This document shows, in pieces, positions 22,482 to 34,756 of a DNA stretch of 64,000 bases. The position numbers and the translations under genes are program-made. The stretch's first letter is position 1; each line of letters opens with the position of its first letter. Under the pieces are notes generated by a model. It was not told the origin of the DNA. It did not search any database and saw only the letters and a program-made list of their open reading frames with translations. The stretch comes from Podarcis muralis (taxonomy: Eukaryota), in the NCBI RefSeq assembly GCF_964188315.1, contig NC_135671.1:38192001-38256000 (forward strand). The letters are read 5' to 3'.

Positions 22482-23361
22482 ATCTGAAGGTAAAATCAAA
22501 ATGGAGGCAGGGAGGAGAAAGAGGCCTTGATCTAAAGAGACAGCAGAAGATTATCATAGGGCACTTTTCATTAATGGCTCTGTCTGGGAGCTTCATTAAT
22601 GTACCCATCTCTGGCTGGATTGCAAACAGAGAAATCTCCCATGGAGCAAGCTGTGTTAAAAATATATTTATTTAATATAAAGAATATATGTATTTATTTA
22701 AACCATTAACATTTTTAAGTGGTGTACATAAAATTACAGACCAGGACCCTCCCTATTTTTTGTGATTGTGTTGTTCAGTTGTAAGTTTTTTAATTGTTGT
22801 GACTCACCTTGCAACCTTAGGGTGAAAGGTGGGTACTAAATTAAAATAATGATGATGATGATGATAATAATAAAATGTATAAAGATAGGAACAATCAAAA
22901 TTATCATAAAACAAACTATATAACATGTATTTTGGGCAGCTCACAAGGTACAAAAGAATAAATGCTAAAATGTGAGGATGAACCTAATTATGTAAGGAAA
23001 AACAACAAACTTGTTCCAGTTCTTGAGCAGCTTAACAACATGTTCTGACCATTGTGCCAAATACATTTTTTTTTTTGGGGGGGGGGTGTTGATATGGGTT
23101 TCACAAACATTACAGACTTTAAGTGCATCGGAGCCCTGCTGGATTGGGCCATCTAGTCTAGCATCCTGTTCTCATAATGGCCAAACAGGATTCCTCTGGG
23201 AAGCCCATAGCAAAGGCAACGGCACTTGCCCCACTTGTGGAACCCCAGCAAGATACACTGCCTCTGATCCTGCAGGCAGACCCTGCCTGAGCTTACTCAA
23301 AGGCTGTCCTCTGAGATGGCAGTGAACTCGCATGGTATATAAGCTTAGGCAGTCTTGAAAG

Positions 23362-23500
23362 CAGAAGGGAAGAACCTGTGGTCCTCTAGATGTTGTTGTA
23401 CAACTCCCAGTGGTCATCCCTGACCATTGACCATGCTAGTTGGAGGTGATGGGATTTGGAGTCCATTGCCATCTGGAGGACCGTAGGTTACCCAGCGCTG
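23362..23500. mobile_element. Hairpin hAT-type MITE
   Basis: Same family; the arms are partly complementary. Confidence 0.6.
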
Positions 23501-23739
23501 CCTAAATAGTTAGATAAGGGGGAACCGATAGCTGTGGCTTCTCCCTCCTTCAGTGTGCCATACAGGTTAAACCTTAGCTTTGGAGTTGAGCGGTTGTTGC
23601 TGCGAGGGTACAACATAGGGGATTTCGCCCAGCAAATTTCATATTCAAGTGTCTTGTCTCTCTCTTCCAGCTAAGAATTGCATCCTAGCCGTGAAGTCTT
23701 CAGTCTCTCCGACGCAGAGTCCCTTCCAAGCTTCTCACG

Positions 23740-23831
23740 ATGAGTCTCCAGTGGGCGGCTGTGGCCACCTTCCTCTATGCAGAAGTCCTCCTCGTTTTCC
23801 TCCTGTGCATACCCTTTATCTCAGCAACAAG
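23740..23831 (+). CDS. BCAP31: BCAP31 coding exon (exon 2; exon begins at 23671 with 5' UTR)
   Basis: Acceptor ctctcttccag| at 23670, ATG at 23740, MSLQWAAVATFLYAEVLLVFLLCIPFISATR, donor AG|GTGAGC; 92 coding nt as in human. Confidence 0.97.
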
Positions 23832-25779
23832 GTGAGCTGAGGTGGGGATGGGATTGCGGGTGAACCTAGGAGCCTTTCCAGGCCACAGCTGTTGTGTAAC
23901 ACAATTAAGGACGCAATCACACCCTCTCTCGGCCTTGGTTTCTAGGATGTTGCAGGAGGCGGATGCCTGTCAACGAAACAGTGGGTTGAGCTGGGTGAGA
24001 GTGATTAGCTCTTGCAGACCGATGGGAAATTATTTTTAATATCTGGTTGTCACTGGAATCTGTGAGAGGAGACAAGGAGGTGGATGAAAAGTCACTCCCA
24101 TTTATTTAGCCAAGTTCCTTATTGTCAAACGTCTGTTAAGTAGCTCAGAGGGGGGTTGTGGTTAGGAAATGGTGCAACAGCCCTTATGTAGGACATAGTT
24201 CTTGGACAGTGTTCTTAGGAACCACCCTATTCTACGATACTAATTTATTTTAAGCTGATTAAAATACCTATTAAAAAGTGCTGCAACTCTGGAACTTTAT
24301 AGAAGGGCGGCAAAGTAATTTTTTATTGCTATTACAAAGGTTGATAGTGAAGCTCACCGTCAGGGCTGTTTGTATTCTGATGCACTAAGAAATAAAATTC
24401 TGTAGCCTGCTAAGTCCACATTTTGCAGATTCTGCAGCAAGAAAAGCCATGTTTTGCTACATAAACTTGTAAATGGTGTTTGGAATTAGCCAGTTGCGAC
24501 TGGTGCGGGTTCAATTGTGACCACATGGAGATCTCTGGATGCCAGGCTGGCGACTGAGGAAAACAAAATGCCACTTTGAGAAGAATCTGAAATACTTTCC
24601 TTGAAGCCTGAATTAGATTTATTCTGAATTGTTTTATTTGATGTTTTAATGTGTTGTAAAACACAGAGATTTGTTCTTTAAAATATAAAGCAGTATAGAA
24701 ATGGAAATAGTAATAATAATAATAATCATCGTCATCGTCCCATGGGGTGGGTGGGGAATGGTGCCATTGGGGTGACCGCAGCCTTGGCTTAAGGTGCCAT
24801 TTGGCGATCTATATCTGAATTTCTAACACTCGTAAACTTAGTTTGCATAATTCAGTTAATGAAATCCGATTGTTGATGGAATCTTTTGTGTGACATGATT
24901 GGAAAATGAGAGGCAATTGCTTAAAAAATACTTTTGTGTTTGGTGCCATGTGTCACAATCCTTAAAATGACCTACTTAAACCCTGCATAGTTATGCTAAT
25001 CTAACTTTTTGGGAGAAGCAAAGAGCTGCCTGGGGCACTTCAGCTCTGTCTCTAGCTCCTGGAAGCCTTCCTTGGCTGCTCCTCTGGCTTTTGAGACTTT
25101 CACAGGCACTGCTCCCCTTACAAACATACCTTCCCAGCTATGAGGCCCAGAACCTTAGTTTTCTTTAAAATATATATATATATGCAAGACTCTCAGGAAG
25201 CTGAGTTCTCTTCCCAACATACACATCCCCTTCCCCCAATTCCTTCCTCCCATCTCCTTCTGGCATCTCTTCCGCTGCTGTTTGACCCAGACGGAAGGCT
25301 CTCTGGCGATGGGGAGGAAAGCGGCTTCTTCATTAGTTGCTTGGCAATTACCGAGTTGTCTCCTGATTTCTCCCAGGAGAGTTACGCTCCCTCCAAGGCA
25401 TTGATGTAGCCCCAGAATGCCTTCTGCCTGAAAGTGGCTCCATGCCGTCAGGTTAGGCAGAGGTAACCGGGGAGGCGGGAAATCCCTGGAGGCGGGGAAG
25501 GGGGAACCTAGAGCCTTCCAGATGTTTCTGAGACTCCCATCAGCCCAGCCAGCATGACTAATACTCTGGGGTGATGGGAATGTTATAGGCCAATTGCATC
25601 TGGAGGTTTACCATCCCAGTCTTGGTTGTCGCTTGTCCGCAGCCTCCTAAATACTGGGTCCTGTCTCCATTTTGCTTCCCCACCCATAGCAGAACAAGCT
25701 GCTGCCTGTGTTGCGGTCAAGTGTGTTTCTGTTTGTTTCCTGCAAAGCATTTATCCTAACCTCCAACCTTCTTCCACAG

Positions 25780-25880
25780 ATGGCAGAAAATCTTCAAGTC
25801 CCGCTTGGTGAAGATAGTGTTGGCCTATGGGAATACCTTCTTTGTTGTGCTCATAGTCATCCTGGTCCTGTTGTTTCTTG
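25780..25880 (+). CDS. BCAP31: BCAP31 exon 3 (101 nt)
   Basis: ccacag|A...G|GTGAGT; WQKIFKSRLVKIVLAYGNTFFVVLIVILVLLFL. Confidence 0.97.
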
Positions 25881-26420
25881 GTGAGTGGAAGGAAGCCAGT
25901 GTGCTTGGGGCGGGGGTTCTCGCCTCACCCGCTCATGGGAGCGTTTGCTTCTCTGCCTGTGCCTGCCAGGTGCTGGCCAGGTCCCCAGGGCCTTGGGCCA
26001 CTTCTTCCTCCTGTGCTCTCTGAGCTGCTCATAGCCCAGCACTCTGACAGAAAGGGGACAGGAACGTGGCTGTGGTTCAGGGCCTTTCTCCACACCCGCT
26101 CAACTTTATCTTGGCTAGTGATTCAGGAGAACCACCCTTTCATCTCCCTCCATGTAGCTGGGGTAGGGCTTTGCCCAGAGTGCTGTGCTGGGTTTGGCCG
26201 TGAAGGATTGAGGTTCAAATTTTCTTGGGGTCTTCCTCACAGGGTGGCTGTGAAATCCAAAAGGCAATCAGAAGCAGTTCTGTGCTCTGGAAAATCCTAG
26301 AAGAGTAAGAATTGAAGATAAATCAGAGGAGGAAAGCCGGTGTCAAAATATTGGGGGTTGCAGGTGTGAAAGTGGTGGAGATGACCGACCTCTGCTTTAT
26401 AAGTACCTTCTTTCAACTTA

Positions 26421-26679
26421 CCGTATTTTTCACTCTATAAGACGCGCCAGACCACAAGACGCACCTAGTTTTTGGAGGAGGAAAACAAGGAAAAAAATAT
26501 TCTGAATCTCAGAAGCCAGAAGAGCAAGCGGGATCGCTGCGCAGTGAAAGCTGCGATCCCTCTTGCTGTTCTGGCTTCTGGGATAGCTGTGCAGCCTGCA
26601 TTCACTCCATAAGACGCACACACATTTCCCCTTACTTTTTAGGAGGGAAAAAGTGAGTCTTACAGAGCAAAAAATACAG
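26421..26679. mobile_element. Tc1/mariner-superfamily (Tc2/Kanga-like) MITE
   Basis: TIRs CCGTATTTTTCACTCTATAAGAC / GTCTTACAGAGCAAAAAATACAG with TA on both sides. Confidence 0.8.
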
Positions 26680-27563
26680 TAACTGCTCAGGACAGCTGAG
26701 TAGACAACTCTGCTTTGCATCAGCAGCTGGGCTAGGATGCCAAATATCTCTTGTGTGGGTTATGGCAATGTATTCTATTCAGGTGGGGGGGGGGAGAGAG
26801 ACCCTGGAAGCCTTGTGAAATGAGGCTGCTCTTTTGACCCCTACCTTCACTACACCAGTTCCACATAAAGCAAACCAATTTGTTTTAAGCCCCTTGCATC
26901 AGGGCATTTCAGGATCAGCCTCCTTCATGTGATACTTCTCTGCCTTCTGAGGTCCTCAGTAGATTCCCTGCTCTGCCACTGTTATAATAATTTATAATAA
27001 TAATTTTTTATTTATACCCTGCCCATCTACCTCTACACAGGGCAGAGCATTTTGGGTTGTTTCTCCCAGATGATGGAACTCCATTCCCTGAAGGGCTCAC
27101 TTGGCCCCCTCTCCCTGCTCACATTTTGACACTTGACCATAGCTGTCAACTTTTGGATATGAAAATAAGGGATCAGCAGCCTCACCTGTCCCAGGGACAG
27201 TCTACAGGATATCTAACAATCTGGGATAGCAGCGGGAAGCAGCAGGAAACGGCGCTGGAATAAGGGAATTTCCAGCAAAAAAAGGGAAGGTTGACAGCTA
27301 TGCACTTGGCACAGCCTTTATGTAGTGCCTTTGTGGACAAGCTCTCCCCTGGATTGTGTGCGTGTCGCTCCTGATCCAGTTTTATGGTGCAGAATTCTAT
27401 ATTTTTAAAAGATAAGGTTGCCGGCACTTTGAAGGCCTTTGAGATGGAGAAACGGCTTAGAAATAAATTGGATCAGAAGTTGGGCCCATTCTTACCTCCC
27501 CCTCCATTAAGATAGATGCTGTGGCTGGGCTGTTGTCTTAGAGATGCTCAATTTCCCCTAAAG

Positions 27564-27701
27564 CAAGGATGGTCAACATGGTGCCCTTCAGCTGCCCCTG
27601 AACTACAACTCCCATCATCTCTGACCATTGGTCATGCTGGCTGAGGCTGTTAGGAGTTGCAGTATGCCAGCACCTGGAGGGCACCATGTTCTTTGTCACT
27701 G
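27564..27701. mobile_element. Hairpin hAT-type MITE
   Basis: Arms AACATGGTGCCCT / AGGGCACCATGTT with ctaaag-containing flanks. Confidence 0.65.
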
Positions 27702-28497
27702 CCTCTAAAGTCACCTGCAGTGATGGCCCAGAATCCAGCGTTCTAGCCAGCAGCACATGCCCAGTGACAGGTAGGTTCTTCCCTGTGGAACATTTCTGGC
27801 TGTTCTTCAGCAGGTTTCTCTGCTTCTGCTTCCTTTGGCAAGAGAGTGTTAAAATGGCACATGCAAGCTGCAGTTCATGCAGAGATGGAGCTTGCAAGGT
27901 ATGCAAGAAGTTGGCTTCTGCTGCCCCCTGGAGTTTTCAGTGGGTCAGTGAGGGTGAGAAGTGCACTTTTCTGTACAAACCCCTTTCATGAACTCAGCAT
28001 TGTAGAGGTGGAAGGAAACCCTGAGGGTCATCTAGCCCAACCCACTGCAATGCTGGAATCTCCACTGAAGCATTTGTCTTACGAGTGAGTAGAGCACCAT
28101 CCCATCAGTTTGTGCCGTCTGGCTGCCGGGGCTCCCTAGGGATGGAGCTGGTGGACTTGTGTCCACACAAATGCAGGCATTATTATAGAACCAAAATGAG
28201 CCATGTTCACGTGGCACCACAAGAAGGCAAGTCCAGCCCATGGGTCATCAGTCAGCCGTCCTGTTTTAGGGAATGAATTCAACATAGAGGCAAGCGGATC
28301 GCTCTGTCGGCTCACTCATTTCTGCTTTCCTGATGAAATGAGCTGCCTTCTCCTCCACCTGCCTGCTGTCCCAGTGGTTCTCCTGACCCCCAGAGCCAAC
28401 TGGAGGGGCAAGCCCCATTGTGCTAGCAGAAGAAGTTGTTGCACAGGGTTTCTTTTTTCTTTTGAAGAGGCTTTCTTGTAATAATTGTCTAGGGCAG

Positions 28498-28799
28498 GGA
28501 TAGGGCACTTTTTCCTCCTGGGGGCCACAAAATGGGCATGGCCAGAGGCAAAAAAATGGGTAGAACCCCAGACATGACTCGCTTTCATATAGCAGGCTCC
28601 ATTTAAGTCACGTAAAATCCAGAGGTTCCTATGCAGACCTCTCTAGTCTCAGTTCCAGTCAGGCAAAAGCCCTCAAGAAGAAAGTGGGGCAGGTGCTAGT
28701 GTGGGCTGTGTCCTGGAGAGAGTCGTGTGGGCCAGATAGAGAGGTCTTGGGGGTAGATGGGTGTGCACTTGGCCCCTGGGCCTCAGGATCCCCACACTG
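28498..28799. mobile_element. Degenerate hAT MITE
   Basis: CAGGG start, CCCCACACTG end and CTAGG flanks. Confidence 0.45.
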
Positions 28800-29979
28800 G
28801 GCCTAGGAGGAGAAGAAATTCAGTGCTTTAGTTCTCAGTCACTTCAAACTTTAGTTACCTTTTTCCTGCTAACCCCATATATTCTTGAAACATGACTATC
28901 ACATTTGACCCAGACTGGATGATATGTTTGCCATGTGACTTGAGCTTGATTTTCCTTCTGGAAATATCAGCTGTGGGGGTTTGACTTTGGGTAGGATTTG
29001 TGGGGTGAGGGAGTTGCCCCTTCTCCACACATTTCCCCCCTCAAAATTGCCTCCGAAGCTGCTTGTGGCAAATTTCTAGTTAGAAAAAAGCTGTGGAGTA
29101 GGGTCACCACCACACCACACTCCGTCCGGTCCATGCACTGTGATCCCCATCTGGATTGCACCCCAGCAATTTCTGTTGCTAAAAGAAAAAGAGGCCTGGG
29201 CAGCACAATCATGTGACCAACATGTCGCCTGGTATTGGAAGTCCGCTGCTTTTAGAATACTTGGCGAGGCTGAATATGTGAGGAAATAGTTTCCCCTTTA
29301 GCAGAGTCAGTGAGGAGTCAGAACTTTATTTTGCAATCCTGCATTGGCATGACTTAGGCTGTCAAAATGGCTTGTAATGTTAATACCCAAATAGCATTCG
29401 TACTGTTTCAGAATGGAACGGAATGAAGGAGGGGTGACATTGTCTTACGTCTACACAGACCTTTCAGCTAACATTAGCTTAATTCTCAAGCATGAGAAGC
29501 AGGGCCTTTCCGCCCCCTTCTAACAGTAATCACCAGTATGGAGTACTGGCACCTCTGTTTCTTTGATGCTCATGGCAGCCATTTTGTGCTGGCACCCACA
29601 GCACTTTGGTATAGATACTCAAACCGGCACCTCATTATCGTTATTCTTTTAACAAAAAAACAAAACAAAAAAAAAGCCCTGAAATATATGACAATGGAGT
29701 GGAACTGACAGATTTCTCTCAGGAGGGAATTTAACTTGGGCGCCATGCTGAATATATCCTATTCCTGGTGACAGCTGATCTTGCCTCAGATGATCATGAT
29801 GATGTGAAGTAATGTCTCATGTGTCAATCTTAATTAATGTGGTGGGTGGCAAGTATAAGAGAAAAAGCTCATTAAGTGGCTTCCTAGATCAAGGCCACTG
29901 AGGGCTTTAAAGATTGAAAGCCAACACCCTAAACTGGGCCTGAAAACAAGCTGGCAGCTAATGGCGCTCTCCTCAGAGA

Positions 29980-30124
29980 CTGGGCTGGGGAGCTTGTGAC
30001 GCCCCCCCCCCAAAGTAGTTGTTGAACTACAGCTCCTCTCACCTCCAATCATTGGTCGTGTTGGCTGGGGCTGATGGGAGCTGGAGTCCATAAATAGCTT
30101 GAGAGCCGCAGGTCCCCAGCCCTG
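29980..30124. mobile_element. Hairpin hAT-type MITE
   Basis: CTGGGCTGGGGAGCTTG / CAGGTCCCCAGCCCTG ends and the family core. Confidence 0.55.
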
Positions 30125-30580
30125 TTCTGGGAGGTGAGATATGCTCCTGGAGGTCAGATCTAGACAGAAATTGTGCTACTATATTCTGGACCAGTGGGAA
30201 TTACCCAGAGGTTCCTCATGGTAGGAGGGTAGCAAAGTGTTGCATTGTGTGGGGGCAGCTGAAAAGCTTGTTTATGTTCCCATCAGTCTAAGACCTGCTT
30301 TGGGGACATTACCGTTGGTCAATGGGACAAGCATTCTCAAGTTGGCATGACCAAAACCTACCTCCATTTTATACTTCTGTCCGGAACACATGCTGTTGTG
30401 GCATGATGGCTTTTGGTGGATTCTTGTCAAAGACTGCAGCCGGATTCATGGATTCATAGCAATGGGCTGAGCTTGGGACGAAATCTCAAGAAACCAACCG
30501 GAGCTTAAGTTCAAGCAAGGCTTGCAAATAAATTGTCAGTCTGCGGAGCTCTGACTCGTATATAAATTTGTGACTTTCAG

Positions 30581-30728
30581 ATGCCATTCGTGAGATCCGG
30601 AAATATGACGATGTGACCGAGAAAGTGAACCTGCAGACCAACCCTGGGGCTGTGGAGCATTATCACATGAAGCTCTTCCGAGCCCAGCGGAACCTCTACA
30701 TTGCTGGCTTCTCGCTGCTGATGTCCTT
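30581..30728 (+). CDS. BCAP31: BCAP31 exon 4 (148 nt)
   Basis: ctttcag|AT...TT|GTGAGT; DAIREIRKYDDVTEKVNLQTNPGAVEHYHMKLFRAQRNLYIAGFSLLMS, containing the BAP29/31 family motif KLFRAQRNLYIAGF. Confidence 0.98.
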
Positions 30729-31209
30729 GTGAGTACCTCAGGGGCACTGCTGAGGCCAGATCAGGTGGTGGGCAAGCTGCGTGGCCGGCCAAACTCATCA
30801 CCCCTGACTATTAGCCATGCTGCCTGGAGCCTGATGGAAACTGGCTACCATTTCCCAATCCCTGGGCCAGATGCTTGGGAATCTTGGTAAGGCTTGGTTG
30901 GTAGGTTTGAATTCAGGAGGCACTGGAAATAAAGGCATTGAGGGGAGCATCAGCTGCAGCCAGATTGCGTCACCCTTAGCACCCACTTCTTGCCAGTAAG
31001 AACCAAATCATTTACTTTGTGGCCCCTGACATAGTTCTTGCATATAGAAGCAAAGAGTTCTCTAGGGAGCATCCCTCTCCCCCTCGCAAGGATGGCCTCC
31101 ATATATTCTCCTTTGCAGAGAAAAGCTTCTAGGCAGGCTTTGACATCTTCTCTTAATGGCGCTTTGCCTGGTTGTCTTGCACCGTAGGTGTTGGCTGCAG
31201 AGCTGGATT

Positions 31210-31560
31210 AAAGGTAAATGTAAAGGGACCCCTGACCATTAGGTCCAGTCGTGGCCGACTCTGGGGTTACGGTGCTCATCTCACTTTATTGGCCGAGGGA
31301 GCCAGTGTACAGCTTCCGGGTCATGTGGCCAGCATGACTAAGCCGCTTCTGGCGAACCAGAGCAGCGCACGGAAACGCCATTTACCTTCCCGCCAGAGCG
31401 GTCCCTATTTATCTACTTGCACTTTGACGTGCTTTCGAACTGCTAGGTTGGCAGGAGCAGGGACCGAGCAATGGGAGCTCACCCCGTTGTGGGGATTCAA
31501 ACCACCGACCTTCTGATCGGCAAGTCCTAGGCTCTGTGGTTTAACCTACAGCGCCACCCG
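31210..31560 (-). mobile_element. Sauria SINE subtype A, full length
   Basis: Reverse complement of the 6918-7272 type, including head and tail. Confidence 0.92.
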
Positions 31561-32587
31561 AGAGGATGGCAAAGCTAGAGGTGGGGAGCCTCTGGCCCAC
31601 GGGCCAAACATGGCTAGCTAGGCCTGCCCACTTGGCCTACAAGGCTTTTTTGTGAATCCAGGCCCAGCGCCCCACATACATGATAGCAGGTGTGGGACAG
31701 GTAAAGGTGGGGTTTCAAAGTAACAACCAGGAACTTAAAGTGGATTCCTGACTGTTTTTTTTGCTGGAGCAAGGTATGCTCCCAGTCATGGCATCAAATG
31801 ATGGGCAATGAGAAGGCACCTTGCTTGAGGTGGGCATGTGGTTTCTATTCAGCTGCTTCTCCCTTTTTACAACTGCTCTTTGAAGCTGCCTGTGCTTCTC
31901 CTTTCAACCTACAGAACATGGAAAGCACAGAGCTGGCAATGCCTCCTGTGCTGTGGCGCCAAGTTTGGGAACCCTGCACAATGAATTTAGAGGGGTGGGT
32001 GGGACCACCCACTTGCCAATCATCTGGTGTTGTCTGCCTTAGAGCCGTAGCTATAGGAGGTGGGGGCTAGCCAGGGTTTTTGCTCAGGTGAAGCCTCCAG
32101 AGGGGTGCCATTGAGGCTCCCAGGCTGTGTGTGTGTGTGTGTATATGCAAATGTGCATTGGGGGATTGGGTACCCAACTGGGTCTTTGACCCAAGTGAAA
32201 TAAAGCCTAGTTTTGCCTCTGGGATGGATTGCACCACTCACCTGTCAAGGTTGGCCCCCATGGTGGACCAAAAAGTCTCCCCACCCTTGCATAAGCAATG
32301 CAGTTAACCTTCTGCAGTGTTTTTCGCACGGTGCATGCCCAGGCTGTCTCAACAACTGTGAGATATGCAGATTGGCAGGCAAAGCAATACTAAAAATTAC
32401 TCCCTGAAGATAGGTTTGAAAACCACTGCTGTACAAAAGGAGGCACGGTTTTCATCACATTTCCCTGCTCTCCCTTCTGGAACCTTTGACAACGAGCGTG
32501 ATGTGAGCTGCAGAGGGGCTTGCCTCTTCTCCCTGCTCCCATTTGTGTTGCTCTGCTTAGGTCAGGGCTGGAGAACAGCATCTAGAG

Positions 32588-32723
32588 CTGGCATCCCCAA
32601 ACTCGGCCCTCCAGCTGTTTTGGGACTACAACTCCCATCGTCCCTGACCACTGGTCCTGTTAGCTAGGGATGATGGGAGTTGTAGTCCCAAAACAGCTGG
32701 AGGGCCGAGTTTGGGGATGCCTG
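32588..32723. mobile_element. Young hairpin hAT MITE (136 bp)
   Basis: 52-bp inverted arms with one mismatch; TSD atctagag / atctagac. Confidence 0.9.
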
Positions 32724-32758
32724 ATCTAGACGGCCACACTGGTTTCCTGTTCCTGGTT

Positions 32759-32787
32759 AACAACAACAACAACAACAACAACAACAA
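32759..32787. repeat. (AAC)n microsatellite forming the L2 tail
   Basis: Read directly from the sequence. Confidence 0.95.
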
Positions 32788-33243
32788 TTTTTATTTATAC
32801 CCCGCCCTCCCCAGTCAAGGCCGGGCTCAGAGCGGCTTACAAGCAATAATAAAAACAAGAAGAATGATTACAACTTGAAAACAAAAATAAAATACAACAT
32901 TAAAATAATGGAATATTAAAATGTAGCCTCATTGCAGGAGAAGGAAAAGAAAGAGAGGGAGGGAGGGAATCAAATTGGCTCCAGCCAAAGGCCAGGCGGA
33001 ACAACTCTGTCTTACAGGCCCTGCGGAAAGAAATCAGATCCTGCAGGGCCCTGGTCTCATGAGGCAGAGCGTTCCTCCAGGCCGGAGCCAGTGTTGAAAA
33101 GGCCCTGGCTCTGGTTGAAGCCAATCTAACTTCCTTAGGGCCCGGGACCACTAGGGTGTTGCTCTTTATGGACCTTGAGGCTCTCCGTGGTGCATACTGG
33201 GAGAGGCGGTCCCGTAGGTACGAGGGTCCTAGGCTGTTTTAGA
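32788..33243 (-). mobile_element. L2 LINE 3' fragment
   Basis: Minus ORF RAFSTLAPAWRNALP...FRRACKTELFRLAF matches the L2 ORF2 C-terminal motif (RAFS.AAP.LWN.LP...F...LKT.LF..AF). Confidence 0.85.
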
Positions 33244-33819
33244 GCCTCATTGGGTGCTATTTCTCTGTTTCTTTTCTCTCTCTTGTCTGTCTGGGTGGCT
33301 TCCATCCCATCAAAAGCTTATGCTGTAAAAAACCTGTTCATCTTCAGAGCAGGACTCCTGTTTTCAGCATCAGTCTGGCACAGCAGCCTAGCTCTTTTGG
33401 AAGGCCTCTTGGAGAAGGCAGGGTGTCAAAATTTCTATACAGCAACACGATCTGCAAGAACTATGTCAAGGGCCTTACTGGCAATTTGGCCTTACTGGCA
33501 AGAGGTGGGTGCGAAGGGTGATGCAATCTGGCTGCGACTGATGCAACTGCTCATCTCAGCGCCTTATTCCCAGTGCCTTCTGTATTCCCGCTTACTATCC
33601 AAGACTTGCTAAGATTCCTAAGAGGTGGCCCTCTGGATGCTCCAGTTCCCACAGATTGTTCTTATTTTTATTACGTATTTTTATGCTGTGAACTGCCTTG
33701 AGATCTTCAGGTGAAGGGCAGTATACAAATAATAATAAATAATGGGACTATGCAGTAGCTGGCCATGCGCTGCTTGCTCCCTCTTGCCTCCACTTGACTG
33801 TGAGGACCAGGTGGTGGTT

Positions 33820-33960
33820 GACCCGCTGCTGCCGCCACCGCACAATATCTGTTCTCATCCTGAAGCAAAGTTCTTAACCCAAGGTACTATTTCTGTGTTA
33901 GCGGAGTCTGTAACCTGAAGCTTATGTAACCTGAAGCATATGTAACCCGAGGTACCACTG
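33820..33960. mobile_element. Partial pogo/Tigger-like MITE
   Basis: One TIR ...CCGAGGTACCACTG followed by TA; the interior matches 45873-46114 in reverse orientation. Confidence 0.75.
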
Positions 33961-34618
33961 TATTCTGTTGCTTCTGTTTAGACTAGAGTCAAGTAGTTGC
34001 AGAGGCTGAAGCAGCCTGCTGTGCTCTCTCTGGCCACAAGGTGGCAGGCGTGCATAATCTCTGACCTCTTACTGAAAATTCCTGAGGATGAGGACAGCAG
34101 CTGAGTCTACAAGCCAGTAGTGTAGACTCTTCAGAGTTGGGGATTAAGCCACAAAGTGATGCCCTAATGAGCACATGCCGGACGCTTTCTCTGGACAGAA
34201 CCACCACTTCTGTGCCCTTGGACTGTAGTGAGGGCCAGGCAGCCCTTGGCCCTTCGAGCCAACTTTTTCTTTAGAAGCTTCTGAGATTAACAGTAAGAAG
34301 CCTAAAAGAGGTGGAATTCCAATTCCTAAAGTTATTCTCTCTTCTCCTGCCCACATAATGGGTTTTTATGTTTGCTATTCATTTTGCAACCTGTTGAGAG
34401 TCAGACCATTCGTCCATCTAGCCCAGCATTGTCTGCACAGGCTGGCAGAGGCTGTACAGGGTTCAGCCAGAGGGTGTTCCTAGCCTTACCTAGAGGTGCT
34501 GAGGACTGACTCTGGGACCATCTGCATGCAGAGCAGACGCTCTGCCACTGAGATGTGGCCCTTCCCCCAGTGTAGGAAGATGACCTTGTGCTGAGTTAGA
34601 GCGGCTGTCCATCTAGAT

Positions 34619-34756
34619 TAGCGGTTCTCAAACTGTGGGTCCCCAGATGTTGTTGGACTACAACTCCCATCATCCCTGAGCTCGGGCCTTGCTAGCTAGG
34701 GGTGATGGGAGTTGTAGTTCAACAACATCTGGGGACCCACAGGCTGAGAAAGGCTG
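34619..34756. mobile_element. Hairpin hAT MITE
   Basis: Arms CTGTGGGTCCCCAGATGTTG / CAACATCTGGGGACCCACAG; TSD atctagat / gtctggat. Confidence 0.85.

Noticed and set aside
33905-33950. Short spaced direct repeats (TGTAACCTGAAGC; also 45885-46070) suggesting a CRISPR-like array
   Set aside because: Subterminal repeats of a Tigger-like MITE with no unique spacers, in a eukaryotic context without cas genes.
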